From Candidatus Latescibacterota bacterium (GTDB taxonomy: Bacteria; Latescibacterota; UBA2968; GCA-2709665), in NCBI GenBank assembly GCA_963662665.2, contig CAXXJS010000056.1:1-39432 (forward strand): a DNA stretch of 39,432 nt, read 5' to 3'. The notes beneath the pieces were generated by a model, which saw only the letters and a list, made by a program, of their open reading frames with translations, was not told where the DNA came from and did not search any database. The position numbers and the translations under genes are program-made. Below, piece after piece: positions 19,575 through 28,733 of the stretch. How positions within the stretch are numbered: position 1 is the first letter of the stretch; every line of letters starts with the position of its first letter.

Positions 19575-20117
19575 TCAGAATTTGTGCCCTTCCAGAAAGA
19601 CGGATTTCGAAAGACGATCGAAAAACTCTTGATACATTTCAGGTTCATCCAGGATTTCTCGTTTGATAACCACGTCGCTGGCGTCCCAAACAATCCGCAG
19701 GAATGATACACTCACGTCGTGTGCAGTTTCGTCATTTTTCGAAATCGGACGGATGACGACGGACGCCCAGAATTTTTGGTAGTTATCCAATCCATCGCCA
19801 ATCACATTCCTACCGGGAATCCTGAGATACCAGCCCGCTTCTACCTTCGCATCGCTTTGCTTGGAGCCGGTGATTAGCCCGAGTTGTGTTTCGCTCTCAT
19901 AAATGACGAATCCCAAATCTTGAAGCACGCCGGCGGAAGCCGACAAAATATCGCCCTTTTTAGTGGCTTCGTATCTTCTCGTTCTCAGTTCCTTCTTTCT
20001 CTGCAGCTCTGGTGTCAGCTTGAATGTATCTCTGGATATACTGCTCCCGCAGCCAGTCAATACCAAGACCGCGGCGGTAAACGGCGCCAACAGAAGGCGT
20101 CTTTCTTGATTCATCAT
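19575..20117 (-). CDS. Hypothetical lipoprotein (paralogue 1)
   Basis: ATGATG at 20117; lipobox LTGC; long stretches identical to paralogue 2 (ILSASAGVLQDLGF, YQEFFDRLSKSVFLEG). Confidence 0.82.
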   Translation of the reverse strand: MMNQERRLLLAPFTAAVLVLTGCGSSISRDTFKLTPELQRKKELRTRRYEATKKGDILSASAGVLQDLGFVIYESETQLGLITGSKQSDAKVEAGWYLRIPGRNVIGDGLDNYQKFWASVVIRPISKNDETAHDVSVSFLRIVWDASDVVIKREILDEPEMYQEFFDRLSKSVFLEGHKF

Positions 20118-20283
20118 ACAGTCTTCCCGCAAGCCGTTTCACGGCGCCCAAGGTTTAGCCACATACTAAAATGGAAGGTCATGAACAGACTCCGTATCAA
20201 TCCTATAGAGCATTATCGGGTTGCGCAATTCAACATTCCTTAAAGCCTTCTGATCTCTTCGACCTCGATCTGATGTTTCCGTT

Positions 20284-20721
20284 TCAGAAACGCGACGCGT
20301 GGTAGGCGAAGTCTCTCACCTTTTTGTCTTCGTCAAATTTTATGATCACGGTGAGCGTCCTCTGTGACGTCGATTCGGCTCCGGATTCTCCGGACAACTT
20401 GGCACCCCTGAGAGCGAAATCGACCAACCCTACAAGAATGAGAGACGGGATGCCGGACGCGCTGGACGAGTATGCCTTTTCAGTCGAGATCTTGTCATAA
20501 ATCCAGACTTCACGCCGCTCTTCGTCGGTCGAAACGATATTTGGAGATCCCAGAACCTCGGCCACTTCGGCGCCGCTCATGCCGACCCTTACTTCCTTCT
20601 GAACCGTTCCGACGGTCATCCGGTCGCCCGAATCATCCCGCACAGACGATCGGTGATGCTGCGCGACCATGCAGCCGGACAGAAACATTACTGCAACCGC
20701 TGGTACGATGTATGCCTTCAT
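20284..20721 (-). CDS. BamE/SmpA-like outer-membrane lipoprotein
   Basis: Lipobox LSGC; VRVGMSGAEVAEVLGSPN…VWIY…LTVIIKFDEDKKV matches the SmpA/OmlA pattern; GGAGG RBS. Confidence 0.7.
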   Translation of the reverse strand: MKAYIVPAVAVMFLSGCMVAQHHRSSVRDDSGDRMTVGTVQKEVRVGMSGAEVAEVLGSPNIVSTDEERREVWIYDKISTEKAYSSSASGIPSLILVGLVDFALRGAKLSGESGAESTSQRTLTVIIKFDEDKKVRDFAYHASRF

Positions 20722-20899
20722 GTTCGCTGCCTCCTGATTGGATTAACCGGATTCCTTATTTCATTAGCTGCATGTCGTGCTCAGCCGCCATCGAAACTGC
20801 AAGACGCCGGAATCCGCCGCGGAATTTTCCTTGAGATTCCTCTGTAACACCTGCTCTCGCACTGTCTTCCTGTGGCGGGCGCCAGCCCGACGATGGACG

Positions 20900-20995
20900 C
20901 GTGCGCCCTGGTGCGCACCCTGCGCTTGTCGAGGGGTCGGCAGAGGATTTGCGTGATGCGGGCATTTCGACAAGCTCAATGACCACGCTTCGGCA
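20900..20995. repeat. REP-like inverted pair (TTCGACAAGCTCA family)
   Basis: ccctgcgcttgtcgagggg (minus-strand copy, about 20918-20936) faces catttcgacaagctcaatg (20963-20981). Confidence 0.65.
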
Positions 20996-21101
20996 GGATG
21001 TTCGATTTCGCCAAGTATGGCCGGCCGGACAGTCATCAGGTCCCATTAATCCCTTCAACGATTCCTGCCGCCCCGGCCGCCGATCGCATGAACGGCCCCA
21101 C

Positions 21102-24100
21102 CTATCCCGACGTGCCGAAGGCGTCCACGAACTCGAAGAAGTCGGCGAAGTCCACCGTGCCGCTGCCGTCAAGGTCATATTTGGCGTCGGTCGTGCCAAA
21201 GGCGTCCACGAAGTCAAAGAAGTCGGCGAAGTTCACGATGCCGTCGCCGTTGAAGTCGGCTGTGACCTGTCCCTGCGACCCGGTACAATCCGGCAGATTG
21301 AGGTCGTCCAGGTCATTGCTGGAAACGTCCCGCAATGATGGGGGGACGCACCCTGTCAGGGTGTTGCCGGCGAGGTACAATAACGTCAACCGGGTCAGAC
21401 TGCTGAACGATGAGGGAATGGACCCCGTCAACTGGTTATCGTCCAGGCGCACTTCCTGCAGTAAACTCAGGTTGCCCAACTCTGCGGGGATCGTTCCGGT
21501 CAACTGGTTGCCGAAAATGAGCAACTGCCACAATTCGGACAGGCGGCCCAGTTCCGCCGGTATGGGTCCGGTCAACCGGTTGCCCTGCAGGTTCAATATC
21601 GTCAACCGCGGAAAATCACCCAGCCACGTGGGAATCGTTCCGGTCAACTGGTTGTTCTGGAGGGCGAACTGCCGCAGGTCGGTCAGGTTTCGCAGTTCCC
21701 CCGGAATTTGCCCGGTCAACCGGTTATTCATCAGGCCCAGGTGCGTCAGGCCGGTCATCGTACCCAATTCCGCCGGTACGGTCCCAGTCAACTGGTTGAA
21801 AGCGAGGTATAGCGCTTTCAGACCGGTCAGGCGACTCAACCCGGCCGGTATCGTCCCGTTCAAGCTCTCGTTCCAAAGTCTCAAATTCGTTACCCGCTGC
21901 GGCGTACCGCTGATCGTGACGCCGTCCCACGAGGATATCGGCGTGTTTTCAGACCAGTTCAGCGTCCCTGTCCCTCTCAGAGGGTCCCGCGTCTCCAGCA
22001 GCACGTTACAGTCCGATACCAGCCACGGGTTGGCGGCCGGGTTCGGCACCGCGCCGCCGGTTGCGCACGGACCCTGCGGCGTCGGCGCGGTTTCCACAGC
22101 CAGCGCCAACCCGGATGGGCGGGACAGGCCGCTGGCGCTGGTGAGGAGGTCTTCGACATTTGAGCCGTCCAGGTTAGCACGCTGGATTTTGCCATGGAAG
22201 CCGTTGGTCCAATACATTTTGCCGCCGGCCAAATCCAGCTTCAGTTCGTAGGGTCTATTCAAGCCCCTGGTGATTAAGTCTTCGACATTTGAGCCGTCCA
22301 AGTTGGCACGCTGAATCTTATTTGCATTCAGGTTCGTCCAGTACATCCTGCCATTCGCTACGTCCAGGTCCAGCCCGCTGGGACCGTCGAGACCTGTAGT
22401 GATTAAGTCTTCGACATTTGAGCCGTCCAGGTTGGCACGCTGAATCTTATGCCAGAACGAATCCGTCCAATACATCTTGCCGTTCGCTACGTCCAGTGCC
22501 AGCCCGCCCGGACTGTTCAAACCTCGGGTGACGAGATCTTCAACGTTTGAACCGTCGAGGTTGGCACGCTGGATCCTGTCCGTGCCCCAATCCGTCCAGT
22601 ATATCTTGCCGCCTGCCACGTCCAGCGCCAGCCAGACCGGCGCGCGCCCGCTGGTGATGAGATTTTCAACATTTGAACCGTCAAGGTTGGCACGCCGAAT
22701 CTTGTCTCTTTCCCATTCCGTCCAGTACATCTTGCCGCCTGCCACGTCCAGCGTAATCCCGACCGGCCCGTCCAGTCCGTCGGCTCTGGTAACAAGGTCT
22801 TCGACGTTGGAGCCGTCGAGGTCCGCACGCTGAATCTTGTCCTTCACCGCATCCGTCCAATACAACTCCGGCATGGCCTGCGGTTCGCTCACGTCGGTCA
22901 GGTTGATAGTCACGACTATCGTGGTACTGCCGCCCTGGCCGTCGGACACCCGCACCGTTACCTCGTAGCGGTTTTTCACCTCGTAGTCGTAGACAACGCC
23001 CGATCTGGTCTGTAGCTGACCGCTCGTTGACACGAGATCGAAACTCGCCGCATCCGTACCCTCCAGGCTATAGGTCAGCGTACCTCCGTCGCTATCCGTC
23101 GCACTCACCGGGCTGCCTATGTTCTGTCCGGCGCCCGTGTTTTCCGCGAAGCTTCGGGTGGCGCTTGAGCCGCCGCTGAACGTGGGTACCTGATTGGTTC
23201 CGCCGACCTCGGCGGTCACGGGCAACGTCGCGGCGAGCGGATCACCGCTGTAGTTTGCAATCGCGCCCGCCCCCACCGTGAAGGTCAACGTGCCGTCGGC
23301 GTCCATTTCGCCGTTGAACTCGAGTTCGGCCGTCGTTACCGTGTCGCTGACGCGCGTGATTCCAAACCTTTCGATGCTCGCCCCCGCAATTCCCGACACC
23401 GACACGGCGTCACTAATGTCCAGTGCGGACCGTGTGTACGATGCGCCCGTAAGGGTGAGTGTCACCACGCTGCCATCGAGCGTCGCTTCCGTTAACGGCG
23501 ACGTCGTGGATGCCGTCACCGATTCCATCCCCGCGCTCACCGGCAACTGCGCCGTCAGCGACGCCCCGCTGTAGCTCACGATGGCACCGGCCCCAACCGT
23601 GAACGTCAACGTACCGTCACTGTCGATATCGCCGTTGAACGTGAGCTCAACCGTCACCTTCGTATCGCTCACCCGCTGAATTCCGAACGTGCCCACGCTC
23701 ACGCCCGTAATTCCCGATACCGACACGCCTCGCCGCACGTCGAAGATTGAACTCTCGTACGCACCGCCAGATAAAGTCAGCGTTACCACGCTTCCGTCCA
23801 GCGTCGCCTCCGTCAACGATGACGCTGTTGTCGCCGTCACCGACTCCATACCTGCACTCACAGGCAACTGCGCCGTCAGAGACGCCCCGCTGTAGCTCGC
23901 GATCGCGTCCGAGCCGACGGTAAACGTCAGCGTACCATCCGCGTCGATGTCGCCATTGAACGTCAGCTCAACCGTCACCACCGTGTCGCTCACGCGTTGA
24001 ATGCCGAATGTGCCCACGCTCACACCCGTAATTCCCGATACCGACACGCCTCGCCGCACGTCGAAGATCGAACTCTCGTACGCACCGCCAGAAAGAGTCA

Positions 24101-25244
24101 GCGTTACCACGCTCCCGTCCAGCGTCGCCTCCGTCAACGATGACGCTGTTGTCGCCGTCACCGACTCCATGCCTGCACTCACAGGCACCTGGGCCGTCAG
24201 AGACGCCCCGTTGTAGCTCGCGATCGCGTCCGAGCCGACAGTGAACGTCAACGTACCGTCACTGTCGATATCGCCGTTGAACGTGAGCGATACCGTCACC
24301 ACCGTGTCGCTCACGCGTTGAATGCCGAACGTACCCACGCTCACGCCCGTAATGCCGGATACCGACACCCCGTCGCGAACGTCGAAGATGGATCTCGCAT
24401 AGGCGCCGCCAGACAGTGTCAGCGTCACAATGCTGCCGTTCAGTGTCGCCTCGGTCAACGGCGACGTTGTCGATGCCGTCACGGATTCCATCCCTGCACT
24501 GACGGACAGGTCCGAGGTCAATGCAGCGCCGTTGTAGGACGCGATTGCGTCGGACCCCACCGTGAACGTCAGCGTACCGTCACTGTCGATATCGCCGTTG
24601 AAGTCGAGTTCAACCGTCACCTTCGTGTCACTCACCCGCTGGACGCCGAACGTACCCACGCTCACGCCCGCAATGCCCGATACCGACACCCCGTCGCGAA
24701 CGTCGAAGATGGAACTCGCGTAAGCGCGTCCGGCCAGCGTCAGCGTCACCACGCTCCCGTCCAGCGTTGCCTCGGTCAGAGATGACGTCGTTGTCGCCGT
24801 CACCGATTCTTCCACCGCCGGGACCGAAACGCCCCTGGTCAGCGCGGCGCCGTTGTAGGACGCGATCGCCCCCGCGCCCACGGCAAAGGTCAGCGTACCG
24901 TCTTCGTCGAAGTCGCCATTGAAATCCAGTTCTATCGTCAGCTTCGTATCGTTAACGCGGGTTATCCCGAACGTCCCCACACTCACGCCCGCAATGCCCG
25001 ATACCGTCACCGCGCGCCGGATGGAGAAGATGGACCGCTCGAATGTACGCCCCGCGAGCGTCACGGTCACCACGCTCCCATCCAGAATCTCCTCGGTCAG
25101 CGGACTTGACGTCGCCACGGTGATCGACTCCTGAACCGCGGGAACGGGGACCTGGGCGTAGCCCGGAGCCGGAAAGGCGAATGCTGCCAGGGCGACAACC
25201 AATGTCAACAAGGCGAATTGCCGATTCGTGATTGGCCGTTTCAT
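21102..25244 (-). CDS. Cargo protein: 6x 107-aa beta-rich repeat, cadherin, YWTD propeller, plant-type LRR, class-B dockerin variant
   Basis: Signal peptide; repeats with 321-nt period; ENT.AG..IGSPVSATDSDG…YDYE cadherin motif; six YWT blades; LxLxxNQLTGxIP LRRs with a W.GV cap; DFNGDGIVNFADFF…DLDGSGTVDFADFFEFVDAFG. Confidence 0.9.
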   Translation of the reverse strand: MKRPITNRQFALLTLVVALAAFAFPAPGYAQVPVPAVQESITVATSSPLTEEILDGSVVTVTLAGRTFERSIFSIRRAVTVSGIAGVSVGTFGITRVNDTKLTIELDFNGDFDEDGTLTFAVGAGAIASYNGAALTRGVSVPAVEESVTATTTSSLTEATLDGSVVTLTLAGRAYASSIFDVRDGVSVSGIAGVSVGTFGVQRVSDTKVTVELDFNGDIDSDGTLTFTVGSDAIASYNGAALTSDLSVSAGMESVTASTTSPLTEATLNGSIVTLTLSGGAYARSIFDVRDGVSVSGITGVSVGTFGIQRVSDTVVTVSLTFNGDIDSDGTLTFTVGSDAIASYNGASLTAQVPVSAGMESVTATTASSLTEATLDGSVVTLTLSGGAYESSIFDVRRGVSVSGITGVSVGTFGIQRVSDTVVTVELTFNGDIDADGTLTFTVGSDAIASYSGASLTAQLPVSAGMESVTATTASSLTEATLDGSVVTLTLSGGAYESSIFDVRRGVSVSGITGVSVGTFGIQRVSDTKVTVELTFNGDIDSDGTLTFTVGAGAIVSYSGASLTAQLPVSAGMESVTASTTSPLTEATLDGSVVTLTLTGASYTRSALDISDAVSVSGIAGASIERFGITRVSDTVTTAELEFNGEMDADGTLTFTVGAGAIANYSGDPLAATLPVTAEVGGTNQVPTFSGGSSATRSFAENTGAGQNIGSPVSATDSDGGTLTYSLEGTDAASFDLVSTSGQLQTRSGVVYDYEVKNRYEVTVRVSDGQGGSTTIVVTINLTDVSEPQAMPELYWTDAVKDKIQRADLDGSNVEDLVTRADGLDGPVGITLDVAGGKMYWTEWERDKIRRANLDGSNVENLITSGRAPVWLALDVAGGKIYWTDWGTDRIQRANLDGSNVEDLVTRGLNSPGGLALDVANGKMYWTDSFWHKIQRANLDGSNVEDLITTGLDGPSGLDLDVANGRMYWTNLNANKIQRANLDGSNVEDLITRGLNRPYELKLDLAGGKMYWTNGFHGKIQRANLDGSNVEDLLTSASGLSRPSGLALAVETAPTPQGPCATGGAVPNPAANPWLVSDCNVLLETRDPLRGTGTLNWSENTPISSWDGVTISGTPQRVTNLRLWNESLNGTIPAGLSRLTGLKALYLAFNQLTGTVPAELGTMTGLTHLGLMNNRLTGQIPGELRNLTDLRQFALQNNQLTGTIPTWLGDFPRLTILNLQGNRLTGPIPAELGRLSELWQLLIFGNQLTGTIPAELGNLSLLQEVRLDDNQLTGSIPSSFSSLTRLTLLYLAGNTLTGCVPPSLRDVSSNDLDDLNLPDCTGSQGQVTADFNGDGIVNFADFFDFVDAFGTTDAKYDLDGSGTVDFADFFEFVDAFGTSG
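23210..25133 (-). repeat. Six tandem 321-bp coding repeats
   Basis: For example gacgctgttgtcgccgtcaccgactccat occurs at 23821 and 24142. Protein unit ESVTA.T.S.LTEATLDGSVVTLTL…FNGDID.DGTLTFTVG. Confidence 0.9.
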
Positions 25245-25257
25245 AAGTCAGCTACCC

Positions 25258-28200
25258 CTATTCAAAGGTGCCCCTGGTGACGCGTCCGCCCTCGATGCCG
25301 CATCCGCCTGAAGCGACGCAGGTATACCGGGTCCCGTCCTGAAGCTCGATCAGGCCGCCGTTCTGGAAGCTGAGTACAGCGCGCCCGCCGCTTATCGTGA
25401 GGTTTGCATTCCGAAGAAGCCGGGGAACGAAGAAGCCGGTGGGGAAGTTCGGAAGCACGTCACCGACGCCATAGGTTCCGCCGCTGCTGCTCGCGGCGCC
25501 TACCGCAAGTCCCGACGGATCCACAAGCCCGTTGGCGCTTGTGAGCAGGTCCTCGACGTTGGAACCGTCCAGGTCCGCGCGCTGGACCTTGTCCGCGTCC
25601 ACGTCCGTCCAGTACATCTTGCCGCCAGACACGTCCAGGTCCAGCCCGTTGGGGCTCATCAGACCGCTGGCAACCAGGTCTTCCACGTTGGAACCGTCCA
25701 GGTCGGCGCGCTGGATCTTGTGCGTTCCGCGGTCCGTCCAGTACATCTTGCCGGCTGACAGATCGAGGGCAAGGCCGGTGGGGCTGCTCAGTCCGCTGGC
25801 AACGAGGTCTTCCAGATTGGCGCCGTCCAGGTCCGCACGCTGTATTTTGTCCGAGCCGGGATTCGTCCAGTACATCTTGCCGTTGGCCACGTCGAGTGCG
25901 ATTTCACCAGGAAATGCCAGGCCGGCCAGCGTGAGGAGGTCTTCAACGTTGGACCCGTCCAGGTCCGCGCGTTGAATCTTGCCATTCTGCCGGTCCGTCC
26001 AGTACATCTTGCCCCCGGACACGTCGAGCGCCAGACCGTACGGCACGCTCAGACCGCTGGTGACCAGGTCCTCCACGTTGGAACCGTCCACGTCGGCGCG
26101 CTGGATCTTTGCCGTACCCGCGTCCGTCCAGTACAATTTTCCGCCCGCCATATCGAGGGCCAGCCCGTCCGGGCCGTTGAGCCCCGCGCCGCTGACCAGA
26201 TCTTCGACGTTCGAACCGTCCAGGTCTGCGGCCTGAATCTTGTCCGTGCCCCAGTCCGACCAGTACAGTTTCGACGTTCCCGTTGCGGGTGGTGTCACCG
26301 TCGCGACCGTAATGCTCACCGCGGCGGAGCAGTTGTTTCCGGTATCGGATTCACCCGATACCGCATCCACACAGGCGCCGTAGTAGTAAGTGCCGGCGGA
26401 CGATGGCGCCGTCAGGTCAATCGATAACGCCAGATCAATCGACCCGGGATTCCCTCCGGACGCCGGAAGGCCGTTCACCGCGTCCGTTCCAACTTCCGTG
26501 TCAGTTGTCGAAATGTTCGCGTCGCTCGACAAGTAGTAGCGCAACGTTGTTGCCGCGGACATTTGATCGCCCTGGTTGCGAACTGACGCACCCAGCCTGA
26601 AGGAGGCGCCGGCAGCCGGGCTGCCGTCGCTGACAAAAGGCGATACGACAACCAGGTCGGCAGCGCCTCCGCCTCCACCGCCGCCGCCACCACCCGACGC
26701 CGTCGCCAGAGCCACTCCCGACGGATCGACCAGTCCGTTGACGCCGGTCGCCAGGTCTTCCACGTTTGAGCCGTCCAGGTTGGCGCGCTGCACCTTGTTC
26801 GTACCGGCGTCCGCCCAGTACACTTTTCCGCCCGATACGTCCAATGCCAATCCGTTTGGCCTATCCAATCCGCTGGTAACCAGGTCTTGTACCACCGATC
26901 CGTCGAGGTTGGCGCGCTGGATCTTGTCCGAGCGCCGGTCCGTCCAGTACATCTTGCCGCCGGATATATCAAGTGCAATCCCAGTAGGGCTGCTGACGCC
27001 GCTCGTCACCAGGTCTTCGACCCCTGATCCGTTGAGGTTGGCGCGCTGAATCTTGTTCGCGCCAGGGTTCGTCCAGTACATCTTGCCGCCCGACACGTCC
27101 AGCGCCAGACCGCCCGGAAAGGTCAGACCGCTGGTGATCAGATCTTCAACGTTGCCGCCACTGAGGTCGGCACGCTGGATCTTGTTCGTCTGACGGTTCG
27201 TCCAGTACATCTTGCCGCCGGATACATCCAGTGCCAGACCGTATGGAATCCCCAGGCCCGTGACCAGGTCTTCGACGTTTGAGCCATTTAGATCGGCTCG
27301 CTGAATCTTGTTCGTCCCGGCATCCGTCCAGTACATCTTTCCGCCCGCCATATCCAGCGTCAATCCGTCAGGCCCGTCCAGCCCGCCGCCCGAGACCAGG
27401 TCCTCGACACCGGAGCCGTCGAGGTTGGCGCGCTGAATCTTGTCCGTACCCCAGTCCGTCCAGTAGAGCTTCGACGCTCCCCCCGGCGACGGCTGCGTCG
27501 TTACGGTCAGGGTGACGGCGGGTGAGCAGTTGTTCACGGTATTGGATTCTCCCGAAACCGCGTCGACGCACGCGCCGTAGTAGTAGGTTCCGGAACTCGA
27601 CGGCGCCGTCAGGTTGATCGACTCGGCGCTTGAGCCGCTTGCCGAAAGTCCGCTCACCGCGTCCGTGCCGACCTGCGTATCGCTGGTGGAGACCGTCGCG
27701 TCGGACGAGCGGTAGTAGTGCAACGTCGTCGCGGCAGACGATCCGTTGCCCTGGTTTCGGACAGTCGCGCCAAGCGTAAAGGTTGCGCCGGCAGACACAC
27801 GGTTGTTGCTGACGGAAGGGGACTGTACAACGAGGTCAGGGTTGCCGCCGCCACCGCCGCCCGTTGAAGGCGGCGGACCTCCAAAACTCTGCGCGAATAT
27901 CAGAAAATCGGTAAAGTCAATTGAACCATCGGTATTCAGGTCTTGTGCGGCATTGTACCTCCCGTCACCCTGGCGCGATCCGAACACGCTCGCGAAGACA
28001 AGAAAGTCCGAGAATCCAACGAAATCATCGCCGTCGAAGTCGGGGGAGGGTTCGGAATTGAACGTGACCTCACGGTTTGTCCTGAGTTCGTCGCTCAAGG
28101 TCGGATTCTCTGCGAGTGTAACCGACTCGATGCCAATGGAAAACTGCCGGCCCGTAACGTCGGAAACGGTCGTAAACTCCGCGCGCGCCAGAAACCCCGA

Positions 28201-28566
28201 AGACGCCAGTCTGACCGGGCTTTGCGCCGCCAGATGGGTGCCGATGGAACCTTCCGGAAGCGTGAGGGGGAACGCGCTGTTTTCAGCCTCTTCGTAAGAC
28301 AGTAACGATGGGTCAAAGTCAAACTTGATGATCATACCGGCCAGGGACGTCCTCACGCCCGTCGCGAAAACCTCAACAGCGATGGTTGTGCCCTGTCCGG
28401 AAACTGTCCCCGACGTAACCCCATCATCCGTTTGGTTGCCGGCGCCTCCACCGGGAATCAGATCAAGCGACAAAACGGCATTTGCATTGGCGCCGGCGGA
28501 AGCTTGTCCGGTAGAGACTGCAACCGCGATCGCGGTGATCAACAACAGAGTCCGTTTGGGAAGCAT
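25258..28566 (-). CDS. Adaptor scaffoldin-like protein: cohesin-like, class-A dockerin, 2x [CARDB + YWTD propeller], small C-terminal domain
   Basis: Signal peptide (…GQASA); NANAVLSLDL…KFDFDPSLLSYEEAE; DFDGDDFVGFSDF…DLNTDGSIDFTDF; two CARDB and two six-blade YWTD units; GGAG RBS. Confidence 0.9.
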   Translation of the reverse strand: MLPKRTLLLITAIAVAVSTGQASAGANANAVLSLDLIPGGGAGNQTDDGVTSGTVSGQGTTIAVEVFATGVRTSLAGMIIKFDFDPSLLSYEEAENSAFPLTLPEGSIGTHLAAQSPVRLASSGFLARAEFTTVSDVTGRQFSIGIESVTLAENPTLSDELRTNREVTFNSEPSPDFDGDDFVGFSDFLVFASVFGSRQGDGRYNAAQDLNTDGSIDFTDFLIFAQSFGGPPPSTGGGGGGNPDLVVQSPSVSNNRVSAGATFTLGATVRNQGNGSSAATTLHYYRSSDATVSTSDTQVGTDAVSGLSASGSSAESINLTAPSSSGTYYYGACVDAVSGESNTVNNCSPAVTLTVTTQPSPGGASKLYWTDWGTDKIQRANLDGSGVEDLVSGGGLDGPDGLTLDMAGGKMYWTDAGTNKIQRADLNGSNVEDLVTGLGIPYGLALDVSGGKMYWTNRQTNKIQRADLSGGNVEDLITSGLTFPGGLALDVSGGKMYWTNPGANKIQRANLNGSGVEDLVTSGVSSPTGIALDISGGKMYWTDRRSDKIQRANLDGSVVQDLVTSGLDRPNGLALDVSGGKVYWADAGTNKVQRANLDGSNVEDLATGVNGLVDPSGVALATASGGGGGGGGGGAADLVVVSPFVSDGSPAAGASFRLGASVRNQGDQMSAATTLRYYLSSDANISTTDTEVGTDAVNGLPASGGNPGSIDLALSIDLTAPSSAGTYYYGACVDAVSGESDTGNNCSAAVSITVATVTPPATGTSKLYWSDWGTDKIQAADLDGSNVEDLVSGAGLNGPDGLALDMAGGKLYWTDAGTAKIQRADVDGSNVEDLVTSGLSVPYGLALDVSGGKMYWTDRQNGKIQRADLDGSNVEDLLTLAGLAFPGEIALDVANGKMYWTNPGSDKIQRADLDGANLEDLVASGLSSPTGLALDLSAGKMYWTDRGTHKIQRADLDGSNVEDLVASGLMSPNGLDLDVSGGKMYWTDVDADKVQRADLDGSNVEDLLTSANGLVDPSGLAVGAASSSGGTYGVGDVLPNFPTGFFVPRLLRNANLTISGGRAVLSFQNGGLIELQDGTRYTCVASGGCGIEGGRVTRGTFE

Positions 28567-28733
28567 CGGGGAACACTCCTTTGATTCGACGTCGATTTCG
28601 TTCAGGTACGTTGATCGAGCTTTGAATTCGACTCTTGCGTTCGCGACGTTGTGTGAGGCCCGCCCGCCGCGATGCCGCCGATTGACCGCGACACGGCGTC
28701 CCTGGGTTCAGTGACGTCGTGTTGCCGTTGGAG

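Noticed and set aside
2498-21260. Diversity-generating retroelement (near-identical gene 3' ends as template/variable repeats)
   Set aside because: No reverse transcriptase is present in the window, and the differences are not adenine-specific.
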